Position numbers and translations under genes: made by a program. 64,000 nt of DNA from Clostridiales bacterium. GTDB lineage: Bacteria > Bacillota > Clostridia > Oscillospirales > CAG-272. Shown here in pieces: positions 18,360 through 26,406 of the stretch. The notes beneath the pieces are model-generated. The model saw nothing but the letters and a program-made list of their open reading frames with translations. It was not told where the DNA came from and did no database searches. The stretch is from assembly GCA_016282315.1 (NCBI GenBank), contig JAEEKG010000103.1, positions 6,749 through 70,748 of the forward strand. Direction: 5' to 3'. Numbering within the stretch: position 1 is the stretch's first letter; every line of letters starts with the position of its first letter.

Positions 18360-21300
18360 TTACTTGGATAGAAATACAGGTGTGGTATATATTCCGTAAT
18401 TTCTCAGCATATATTCCGGAGTATAGAATCTTCCTCTCGGTCTCCACATGCCAGGATCTGTATAAGAAGGTTTCAATATCGTATTGTGAAGCTGGCCGAA
18501 TGTATTCATTCTGTTTCCGTACAAGGTTATTGAGATATCATGGACTCCTTTATCGAGCGTGCCAATTTCAAGTCTGTTTGGCGGGAAAGCGAGCATTCCT
18601 GAGATTCTTTTGCCGTCTAAGTCAACAGATATAGCGGTTCCGGAGAAACGCTGAATCTGAAGAGTCTTTTCACCTTCGCCTGTATACTTGAATTTGTATG
18701 AAACATTGCCTCCGTAGAATGGCAGTCCTTGTTTAGCCAAATCGTCAAAATACAGTCTTTCAGGCTTTTTTGTTATACATATGTTTCTTCCGATGCAATT
18801 AACTCCGAAATCACCGAGCAAATAGTAAGCTTCGAGCTGAGTAGAGTAACCGAAATCCAGATCAATCAAAAGTTCGTTTGATCCTTTCTTAATATCCGGC
18901 AAATCTATAACTTTTATTGCTTCTTCATCTACATAATAGCCTTTTGGCGTCATGTTGGCTTTTTTGCCGTTCAGAGTAACTTGTGAATCATTAATCGATT
19001 CAAGTCCGAGCTGAGCCTTTGTGTCTATTTCAGATTGAATGATAAATCTAAGTCTGACTTTATGTCTTTCTTCTTTAGAATTCTGATTCTTTGTCACCCA
19101 AGGCTGCACCATGCCCGATGTGCGCTGTTTTATGCCCAGTTGTGTACGAATGTCATTATCTGCAAACAGAACATATTCAGGGGCGTGATACTCGCCTTCA
19201 TCTACAGAATATGAAGGGAAGTCAAGAAGTAAAACATTAGGCTCAGAAAGAGTGTATTCTGCAGAAGAATCCAGCAATTCAGACTTTTCAAATTTAGTCT
19301 CTTCAAATCTGAATCCGTTTTTACATCTGCCTTTTTCCAATCTCAAAAGGATAGAATCGCATCTTCCGCAAATCCATTTGAATGTTGTTTTACCATCCGA
19401 ATACTCAGCAGCCATAGGTTTTGTTTCACCTGTGATTGTATCAAAAAGGGTTAGTTTCCACTCGCCCTTGATTGTTATGTTGTAACCTTCTATTGGTGAA
19501 ACATCGTAGTCTTTGGGTTCTGTGACATGAGCTATGAACAGATGTCTGTACTTTCCGTCTTTTCTCATGTTATACACAAGATTTGATGCATATTCACCTG
19601 ATAAATCAGCCAGGAGCACTTCGCGGTCATCTTCAATGTTTTCAAGTAAATCTCTCTTGCTCCAGTCGATGTCTGTGCATTTCCACGCCAGAAGTTTTGC
19701 CCTTTCTGACGGAAGTGCATCAACGTATGATGGAACATCTCCCATGAATATTACTTTTCCGCCTTTATCTGCGAATTTTTCCAGATAATCAAGCGTAGAT
19801 GAGCGTATTGTCAAAAGGCTCGGAACAACTATTACAGAATAGTTTTCTTTTCCGACCTGGAATCCTTTGTCTGTCTCCTTATATAGCCCTGTCAGAAGGG
19901 ATTCGGAAATGAGATCAAAATCCTGAGAACTGAAGACGAGCCAGTTAATAATCTCATAGAATTTTCTTTGAAGTTCATTTCTCTCATCTCTTGTCTGAGA
20001 CATCGGACCGAATTTCAGCCAATATGATTCAATTGGATGTATCACGCCTATGTTGACTACAGGCTTTCCCCTTGTCATCACAGTGTTGACTCTTGCAAAG
20101 TGATCTTCTATGTATTTGTACTCTTTGAACCAAGGGGATTGATATCCGATGGACGCTGGATAATCCCTCTTTGCTTCTCCTCCCATAGATACCCAGAACA
20201 AGTGCGGAACTCTGAAAGTTACGCCAAACGCAGCTTGCCAGTCACCTTGTTGTTTGTGGCCTTTGAAGTCATAATACCAGTTTGTAACACCATAAAGTTC
20301 ACTCATCATTCCTTCTCGACCATATTGTCTGCATGCGCTTTGGCACTGTTTGGCTGTTGACAATTCGTGGTGATCAGCCAGCATGTCAATTCCTGGTATA
20401 GAGAAAGATCTGTATGAACGCATTGTTTCGCCTGTGGCAACTGTCTGCCACTGCAAGGCGGGTTCCATCATCATATGAGCAGTGAAGTCAAGATTGTTCT
20501 TTTTACACCACTTTCCGATGGTGTCGGAAAAAGCAGATGCAAATCTTTCTGCCATGTGATCATGCATATGGTATCTTGCCTGTGAAATTCTGTCATCAGA
20601 CAATTCAAATACCATTTCAGGCAGCTTGTCTAAAAATGAATAGCCATAGGTCTTTTTGAAAGTGACATCAAAATCTGTAGTAAAAGGCAACAAAACAGGG
20701 CTCTTGTCATCAGGACTTGAAAGGAATGTCTTATTTGTCATCTGAGGCTCATCAGAGAATATTGATGGGACTGTCTTTCCGAATTCATCTCCTATTTTTG
20801 CCTTATATCTTTCGTGGGTAATCTCAATAAACTCTTCGATGGCCTTTTTGTTCATGGTGTCTACATATGTCTGGCCGTTATACCAACTGGAGGGAACGGC
20901 ATACTCTACATATGCAAACAGTTTTGTTCCTGCTGCCTTTTCTTTAACATCTATTTTTTTGTATTCCTTTATTTTCTGTTCCTGGTCCAAAATGACGTCG
21001 TAGCAGGACAATAAATAATACTTATCTTTTGGAAGCTCAGGGTTAGCTGTTTTTTTATCACTGGATAAAGTTAAAGAGTCATCCAGATAGGGAATAGTAG
21101 TTATTTTAAGTGTTTTCTGACGGTTTTCAATCTTTTTGGTATTGTAACCTCCTGCAAAACCGGAAGGCCATTTGTCTTCATCATATAAGTATGCACGCAT
21201 GCCTTCGGATTTGGCTTTTTTTACACATCCTTTTACCAAGTCCATAAAGTCATCTTCGAGATATGGAGTTGCCAGACCTACTCTGGGATGCATGTGAAAT

Positions 21301-21461
21301 CCGCCGAAGCCCATTTCTTTCAGGTATTCTATTTCTTTTTCCAATAGATCCAGAGTCATATCGCAGTTCCATGCCCAGAACGGAGCACCTCTGTATTCAG
21401 AAGTCGGGTTTCTGAACAGATCTAAATCAAGATTCTTTTCTTTGCTTTTTGGGTAAAACAC
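18360..21461 (-). CDS. Large cytoplasmic glycoside hydrolase-like protein (family not assignable by eye; GH106-like N-terminus)
   Basis: No signal peptide. The N-terminal block YRGAPFWAWN..MGFGGFHMHPRVGL..AYLYDEDKWPSGFAGG recurs in proteins annotated as glycosyl hydrolases (from memory). GTG start with AAGGAAG upstream. Confidence 0.7.
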   Translation of the reverse strand: MFYPKSKEKNLDLDLFRNPTSEYRGAPFWAWNCDMTLDLLEKEIEYLKEMGFGGFHMHPRVGLATPYLEDDFMDLVKGCVKKAKSEGMRAYLYDEDKWPSGFAGGYNTKKIENRQKTLKITTIPYLDDSLTLSSDKKTANPELPKDKYYLLSCYDVILDQEQKIKEYKKIDVKEKAAGTKLFAYVEYAVPSSWYNGQTYVDTMNKKAIEEFIEITHERYKAKIGDEFGKTVPSIFSDEPQMTNKTFLSSPDDKSPVLLPFTTDFDVTFKKTYGYSFLDKLPEMVFELSDDRISQARYHMHDHMAERFASAFSDTIGKWCKKNNLDFTAHMMMEPALQWQTVATGETMRSYRSFSIPGIDMLADHHELSTAKQCQSACRQYGREGMMSELYGVTNWYYDFKGHKQQGDWQAAFGVTFRVPHLFWVSMGGEAKRDYPASIGYQSPWFKEYKYIEDHFARVNTVMTRGKPVVNIGVIHPIESYWLKFGPMSQTRDERNELQRKFYEIINWLVFSSQDFDLISESLLTGLYKETDKGFQVGKENYSVIVVPSLLTIRSSTLDYLEKFADKGGKVIFMGDVPSYVDALPSERAKLLAWKCTDIDWSKRDLLENIEDDREVLLADLSGEYASNLVYNMRKDGKYRHLFIAHVTEPKDYDVSPIEGYNITIKGEWKLTLFDTITGETKPMAAEYSDGKTTFKWICGRCDSILLRLEKGRCKNGFRFEETKFEKSELLDSSAEYTLSEPNVLLLDFPSYSVDEGEYHAPEYVLFADNDIRTQLGIKQRTSGMVQPWVTKNQNSKEERHKVRLRFIIQSEIDTKAQLGLESINDSQVTLNGKKANMTPKGYYVDEEAIKVIDLPDIKKGSNELLIDLDFGYSTQLEAYYLLGDFGVNCIGRNICITKKPERLYFDDLAKQGLPFYGGNVSYKFKYTGEGEKTLQIQRFSGTAISVDLDGKRISGMLAFPPNRLEIGTLDKGVHDISITLYGNRMNTFGQLHNTILKPSYTDPGMWRPRGRFYTPEYMLRNYGIYTTPVFLSK

Positions 21462-21583
21462 AATGATGTCTTCCTTTCAAACTATAGTTGCAAGAAAATT
21501 ATACCATATTCTTTATGTATGTACACGAAAAAAACTATCAATGAATAACGAAAAACAAAATATGTTGAAGTATATAATTTGTT

Positions 21584-21612
21584 TTGTATTTTTTAACAGA
21601 TCGTGATATAAT
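21584..21612 (+). promoter_or_regulatory. Sigma-70-type promoter for the small membrane protein gene
   Basis: TTGTAT (21584-21589), a 17-nt spacer containing TG (extended -10), then TATAAT (21607-21612), about 70 nt upstream of ATG 21686. Confidence 0.5.
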
Positions 21613-21685
21613 TCCACAAGAGGCAGTAAAGCCTCATACAATAGCAATTAAACTAAGTTTTTTTGACTATGGAGGGAGAGAATGT

Positions 21686-21925
21686 ATGGATAGTTACGTA
21701 AAATGGATGGATGGTCATTCCAGACTTATTAAGATTATTCTGTGCATCTGGATTCTTGACATTACATGGGCTGTCTATCGTATTGGTCGTGCCGCAAGCA
21801 AAAAGAATTGGTTACACATGGTTTTGGGTATCATCTGGGTTGTTGCAGCAGGAACAGTAGGTTGGGTTCTTGATATCATCTGGATTGTACTATTTAACAG
21901 AATATTCTGGTTTACCGAGGACTAA
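21686..21925 (+). CDS. Small two-TM membrane protein (79 aa), function unknown
   Basis: ATG 21686 follows GGAGGGAG. It has two hydrophobic helices (IILCIWILDITWAVY, VLGIIWVVAAGTVGWVLDIIWIVLF). The upstream part of the track ORF overlaps the promoter. Confidence 0.6.
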   Translation: MDSYVKWMDGHSRLIKIILCIWILDITWAVYRIGRAASKKNWLHMVLGIIWVVAAGTVGWVLDIIWIVLFNRIFWFTED

Positions 21926-21956
21926 TCAACTCAAAAGAATGCTAAATAAAGATAAG

Positions 21957-21996
21957 AACGTTTGACTATTTTGTTTTTCAAACGTTTTTATTTTTT
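21957..21996 (+). terminator. Rho-independent terminator
   Basis: Stem aacgtttga / tcaaacgtt followed by tttattttttat. Confidence 0.75.
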
Positions 21997-22162
21997 ATGC
22001 TGTTAAAATGCCATTTTGAATCAAATATTGACAAAAAATGATGCGTTTGTTATAAATAAAGCGCGAAAACAAAAATATAAAACCACTGTTTTCTCATGTT
22101 ATATATTTGTTTTCGGAAGCAAAAGCCAAAAACACGCAAGTAATTGCTATAAAAGGTGTATT

Positions 22163-22993
22163 ATGTCAAACAATAAACCATTGAACAGAGAAGATTACGA
22201 AGAACCTAATTGTCCATTCTGTGTAGACAATTACCAGAACAAAAAGCCTGTAAAAAGCATCGACACAAACAGGATGATGTCAAAGCTTGATGAGTTTCTT
22301 GACAGGGATGATTTTGATTCAGCACAAAGGTTATTGGACTATTGGCTGAATGAAGCAAAACTGGGCAATGATCTCAGGGGAGAATTGACTATTCAGAATG
22401 AATTGATGGGCTTGAACAGAAAATGCCAGAACAGAGAAAGAGCAGAAAGTGCCGTGAAAAGAGGACTTGAACTTGTCAAAGAGCTTGGTCTTGAAGGCAC
22501 TGTGACTTCTGCTACTACATATCTGAACGCAGGAACTGTATATAACTCATTTGATGAACCCAAACTATCTCTTGATTACTATAAAAAAGCTCAGGCCATC
22601 TATGAAAATTCAAATGTAGATAAATACAAACTTGGTGGTTTGTATAACAACATGTCTTTAGTATATGGCAAACTGGGAGAATATAGAGAGGCAAAAGAGT
22701 TAATAAATAAAGCAATCAGCCTCATGAAGGAAATAGGCAACAAACTTGAAGAAGCCATTTCATATTTAAACCTAGTGGATATACTGAACGCCGAGAGCCA
22801 GGACGATCAGGTTTTGCAAGAGATAGAAGAGTATTTGGACATCTCTGAAAAACTGCTCAACAGCGATGTTGAAAGAGATTTGTACTATGCATATGTTTGT
22901 GACAAATGTATTCCGTCTTTTGATTATTACGGAAGATTTGGCTTTGCTGAAGAATTGAGGAAGAGAGTGACAAAAATATATGAGGGGCATTGA
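22163..22993 (+). CDS. TPR-repeat protein with N-terminal CxxC element
   Basis: ATG 22163 follows AAAAGGTG. The N-terminus has NCPFCVDNY. Repeated about-34-aa helical units contain TPR-like A/Y/L spacing (..ATTYLNAGTVYNSFDEPKLSLDYYKKAQAIY.., ..LYNNMSLVYGKLGEYREAKELINKAISL..). Confidence 0.7.
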   Translation: MSNNKPLNREDYEEPNCPFCVDNYQNKKPVKSIDTNRMMSKLDEFLDRDDFDSAQRLLDYWLNEAKLGNDLRGELTIQNELMGLNRKCQNRERAESAVKRGLELVKELGLEGTVTSATTYLNAGTVYNSFDEPKLSLDYYKKAQAIYENSNVDKYKLGGLYNNMSLVYGKLGEYREAKELINKAISLMKEIGNKLEEAISYLNLVDILNAESQDDQVLQEIEEYLDISEKLLNSDVERDLYYAYVCDKCIPSFDYYGRFGFAEELRKRVTKIYEGH

Positions 22994-23918
22994 ATTATCC
23001 AGAAAGTACTATGAAGAGTGTGGCAAGCAAATGCTTCAAAAAAAGTTTGAATATATCTTGCCCAAACTTGCTGTGGGGCTGGTAGGTTCAGGGTCAGAGT
23101 GTTATGGATATGATGACGTTGTATCACAAGACCACGATTTTGAACCCGGTTTTTGCATTTTTGTTCCGGATGACATTGACTCTAAAACAGAGTTTGAACT
23201 CGAAAGAGCGTATGCCAAACTGCCAAAAGAGTTTTCGGGTTATTTCAGATCCAAACTGAACCCAATAGGCGGCAACAGACATGGAGTTATCAAAACCGGA
23301 GATTTCTACAAAAGATATACAGGGTCAAGAACAGGTTTTGACAATTTGATGGAATGGTTTTATGTTCCGGAGTATTATCTGGCGGAAGCGGTGAATGGTG
23401 AGATTTTTATAGATAATTACGGAGAGTTCAGCTCAATCAGAAAATCTCTTTCATATTATCCCGATGATGTCAGGACAAAAAAACTGGCTGGATATCTGCT
23501 CATAATGGGTCAGGCCGGACAGTACAATTACAAAAGGTGTATTGATCACAATCAAAAGGGAGCGGCACAGCTTGCTGTGATCAGATTTGCTGAAGCATCA
23601 ATGAGTGTTGTTTTTCTTCTGAATAAAAAGTATATGCCATACTATAAGTGGTCGTTCAAAGCATTGTCAGAGCTTGAATTGTTGAGCCATTTGGGCAGTG
23701 ATTTTGAGTATCTTATTTCATCATCCAATGACGATGGTGACATAGAGAACAAGATGAATGTCATAGAAAACATATGTGAAGAGATATCAGATGAGTTAAA
23801 AAGACAATTTGCTTGTGATATACCCGGATGCGAAATGGAAAAACTCGCTTATTCTATAAACAATTGTGTGGTAGATGGAAACATAAGAAACGAGAATATC
23901 TTGTTTGCTGTAAACTGA
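22980..23918 (+). CDS. DUF4037-like (nucleotidyltransferase-fold) protein
   Basis: The block VGLVGSGSECYGYDDVVSQDHDFEPGFCIFV matches the conserved start of the DUF4037 family (from memory). It overlaps the upstream TPR gene by 14 nt. Confidence 0.7.
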   Translation: MRGIELSRKYYEECGKQMLQKKFEYILPKLAVGLVGSGSECYGYDDVVSQDHDFEPGFCIFVPDDIDSKTEFELERAYAKLPKEFSGYFRSKLNPIGGNRHGVIKTGDFYKRYTGSRTGFDNLMEWFYVPEYYLAEAVNGEIFIDNYGEFSSIRKSLSYYPDDVRTKKLAGYLLIMGQAGQYNYKRCIDHNQKGAAQLAVIRFAEASMSVVFLLNKKYMPYYKWSFKALSELELLSHLGSDFEYLISSSNDDGDIENKMNVIENICEEISDELKRQFACDIPGCEMEKLAYSINNCVVDGNIRNENILFAVN

Positions 23919-23931
23919 ATCAACAATAACA

Positions 23932-23962
23932 ATATGAGGCTGTCTTGAAAACAGCCTCATAT
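23932..23962. terminator. Bidirectional terminator between convergent genes
   Basis: Perfect 12-bp stem atatgaggctgt / acagcctcatat with a 7-nt loop. Confidence 0.65.
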
Positions 23963-23964
23963 AA

Positions 23965-24393
23965 TTATCTGCCCAGTATTTTGTACATGGTTTTATATAG
24001 CATTTCAGCTTCTTCTTGCGACAAACTGATACATGAACCAACTTTCATGGGAATACTTTTGGCTTTTTCCTGCAGCTGGATTCCTGACTCAGTTATATTT
24101 ACACAAGTGATTCTCTCATCCTCAGGATTGTTACATTTTTCCAACAAACCTCTTTTTACAAGTTTTTGAATTAGGGGTGTGATGGTTCCTGAGTCGAGAT
24201 GAAGTCGTTCGCAAATCCTTTTTATAGTTGTGTGATTATCTTCCCACATCACCATCATTACAAGGTATTGTGTATATGTAAGTCCAAGAGGTTTTAAATG
24301 CGGAGTATACAAATTCACAATTTTTCTAGCACAAGCATAAAAAGGGAAGCACAACTGATTTTCCAGTTTAAGTTGCGGATATACTTTGCTCAT
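23965..24393 (-). CDS. ohrR: MarR-family peroxide-sensing repressor, OhrR-type
   Basis: Collinear with B. subtilis OhrR by eye: LKLENQLCFPFY (sensing-Cys block; Bsu MKLENQLCFLLY), TYTQYLVMMVMWE and LHLDSGTITPLIQKL (Bsu LYLDSGTLTPMLKRM). Confidence 0.85.
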   Translation of the reverse strand: MSKVYPQLKLENQLCFPFYACARKIVNLYTPHLKPLGLTYTQYLVMMVMWEDNHTTIKRICERLHLDSGTITPLIQKLVKRGLLEKCNNPEDERITCVNITESGIQLQEKAKSIPMKVGSCISLSQEEAEMLYKTMYKILGR

Positions 24394-24397
24394 GATA

Positions 24398-24709
24398 TCA
24401 AAGATTTGATTCTATCCAGCTGGTGAGATTAGGTTCCGGTTGGAATCCGACTGTTCTTGAAGCTTCAACACCGTTCTTTAAAAGAATGATGCATGGAATG
24501 TTTGTTATATTGAATCTGTTAGCAAGTTCGCCGTTTTCATCAACATCTACATTATAGAATTCAACTTTTCCTGCCATTTTTTCAGATATTCTTTCCAAAA
24601 CAGGTGCTGTCATTCTGCATGGTCCGCACCATGTTGCTGAGAAATCTACAACTGCTACATTTGCTTTTTCTACTGAAGCAAAATTATCATTTTTAACAAT
24701 ATTTACCAT
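24398..24709 (-). CDS. trxA: Thioredoxin
   Basis: 103 aa with the WCGPCR active site and a typical Trx fold length. Confidence 0.9.
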   Translation of the reverse strand: MVNIVKNDNFASVEKANVAVVDFSATWCGPCRMTAPVLERISEKMAGKVEFYNVDVDENGELANRFNITNIPCIILLKNGVEASRTVGFQPEPNLTSWIESNL

Positions 24710-24730
24710 ATATTTTTATCTCCTTTTAAA

Positions 24731-25606
24731 CTATTTATTGATTCTTTTCTTACTGTCGAGATATGCACATGCGGATAGAGCTGCAATGTTGCCTTCTCCG
24801 GCAGATTTTATGTACTGATATGGCAGCCCCGTTATATCTCCGCAGGCAAAACATCCTTCAATGTTTGTCTTCATGTTCCTGTCGCAGATAACATGAGCGC
24901 CTTCGGTTATTAAGCCGGGAACCAGATTGGATGGCGCAACACTGTCTCTTAGAATGAATACACCATCATATGTATAAGAATTGCCGCTTAATGTTGAAAC
25001 AATTGTCTTCTGGTTTTCTCTTTTGACGCCTATTGGCTTTTCATTTACTATTTCAATAGAATCTTTGACATCAACTTCATCTGAATACTGAACGTAAAGG
25101 GAAACAGATGAGCAGATTTCACTCAGAAAGTCAGCTTCGGATTCCTCATTTTTTGAATAACAGAGAACCGCTACGTCTTTATTTCTGTAAAGAGGTGCGT
25201 CACATGTTGCGCAATAACTTACTCCGTTTCCAAGATATTCCGATTCGCCTTCAAGTGTCTTTCCTGAAGTTACTCCTGTAGCCAATATTACGCTGTCAGC
25301 TTCATAAAACATTCCGCTTGAACCCTGCAAAGAGAAGTAGTCTCCCATGGAATATACAGCAGTAATTCTGTCTTCAGTAATAGATAAACCGAAAGCATTT
25401 AAGTGATCCATGAACCTTTGACGGAGTTCTTTTCCTGATACATCCGGAACTCCCAGATAGTTTCGAATCAAATGTCCTCGCTCAATTTTCTCACTCAGAG
25501 TCTTTTTTCCGAACAACAATATCTTTTTGTTTCTTATGCTTGCAGTAATAGCTGCTTCAAGTCCGGCCGGACCTGTACCTATTATGGCTATATCAACTCT
25601 TTCCAT
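24731..25606 (-). CDS. Thioredoxin-reductase-like flavoprotein lacking NAD(P)H-binding motifs (FFTR/DTR-like)
   Basis: FAD motif IIGTGPAGLEAA and redox CATC (CATCDAPLY) are present. The position of the GGGxSA NADPH motif reads VLCYSKNEESEA, and no HRR motif is present. Confidence 0.8.
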   Translation of the reverse strand: MERVDIAIIGTGPAGLEAAITASIRNKKILLFGKKTLSEKIERGHLIRNYLGVPDVSGKELRQRFMDHLNAFGLSITEDRITAVYSMGDYFSLQGSSGMFYEADSVILATGVTSGKTLEGESEYLGNGVSYCATCDAPLYRNKDVAVLCYSKNEESEADFLSEICSSVSLYVQYSDEVDVKDSIEIVNEKPIGVKRENQKTIVSTLSGNSYTYDGVFILRDSVAPSNLVPGLITEGAHVICDRNMKTNIEGCFACGDITGLPYQYIKSAGEGNIAALSACAYLDSKKRINK

Positions 25607-25609
25607 GTT

Positions 25610-26140
25610 TTAACCGAGAAGTCTGACTACAAGTTTTTCAAGATCCTTCATATCATTTGTGGGCTCAAATCTTGCTACTACATTGCCGTTGCGGTCAACA
25701 ACAAACTTTGTGAAGTTCCATTTGATGTCCGGACTTTCCTTGTCCTTTATAAATGCATTCATTGCCAAAGCTTTTACGCCTTTTCCGAATCCGTTGAATC
25801 CGATCTCTCCTTTGAGATAACCGTATACAGGAAGAGCATTTTCACCATTAACGTCAGATTTCTTCATCTGAGGGAACTGTGTGTTGTACTTTAATGTACA
25901 GAACTCTTTGATTTCCTCATCGCTGCCGGGAGCCTGATTTCCGAACTGATTACAAGGAATATCTATTATTTCAAGACCTCTGTTGTGATATCTTTCATAC
26001 ATTTCTTCAAGAGGTTTGTATTGAGGAGTGAAGCCGCATCCTGTTGCTGTGTTTACAACGATTACAACTTTTCCTTCATATTTTTTAAGGGATATTTCTT
26101 CACCCTTAGCTGATGTTACTGAATAATCATAAAATGACAT
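25610..26140 (-). CDS. Glutathione peroxidase-family (thioredoxin-dependent) peroxidase, Cys-type
   Basis: Motifs NTATGCGFTPQY, FPCNQFG-like PCNQFGNQ and WNFTKFVVDRNG. GGAGG precedes the ATG. Confidence 0.9.
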   Translation of the reverse strand: MSFYDYSVTSAKGEEISLKKYEGKVVIVVNTATGCGFTPQYKPLEEMYERYHNRGLEIIDIPCNQFGNQAPGSDEEIKEFCTLKYNTQFPQMKKSDVNGENALPVYGYLKGEIGFNGFGKGVKALAMNAFIKDKESPDIKWNFTKFVVDRNGNVVARFEPTNDMKDLEKLVVRLLG

Positions 26141-26180
26141 ATGTTTTCCTCCAAATTGATATTATTTTTTTCTTCCGAAA

Positions 26181-26250
26181 TAGATTTTATCAAATCTAAT
26201 TTTCGTTGTCAATAGGTTTGATAAAATTTAATTTGATAAAATCTAATTTT
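26181..26250. promoter_or_regulatory. Candidate OhrR operator repeats (TTTGATAAAAT motif, three copies)
   Basis: 26181-26198 is the palindrome TAGATTT-tatc-AAATCTA, which overlaps the -10 element and spacer. Near-copies in inverted orientation lie at 26217-26232 and 26232-26247, upstream of the -35 element. Confidence 0.45.
26184..26212 (-). promoter_or_regulatory. Promoter of the gpx / trxR-like / trx / ohrR operon
   Basis: The minus strand reads TTGACA (26212-26207), a 17-nt spacer, then TAAAAT (26189-26184), about 40 nt upstream of the gpx ATG. Confidence 0.6.
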
Positions 26251-26406
26251 GTTCCCGAATGAATTAGTACTGGGGAAGAGCATCACAAACTGAATTGCTT
26301 TTTGTTGTACATTTGTACATTGTGTATATTGAAAATAATATTTATATTTAATATAATTTGTAAGGTTAGTAACACAAATTAAGTTTTGCTTTTGATAGGA
26401 GATAAT

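Noticed and set aside
17927-18634. 235-aa plus-strand ORF spanning the junction between the peptidase and glycoside hydrolase genes. Similar long antisense ORFs occur elsewhere (for example 5048-5464, 31706-32179, 35473-35928, 39023-39442).
   Set aside because: All lie antisense to genes with strong family motifs. They lack RBSs and have low-complexity or odd composition, so they are shadow frames of the real genes.
26181-26250. Tandem TTTGATAAAAT repeats, considered as a CRISPR or minisatellite feature
   Set aside because: There are only three short AT-rich copies, one of them inverted, and they overlap a promoter. This fits an operator, not an array. No CRISPR-like repeat-spacer structure exists anywhere in the window.
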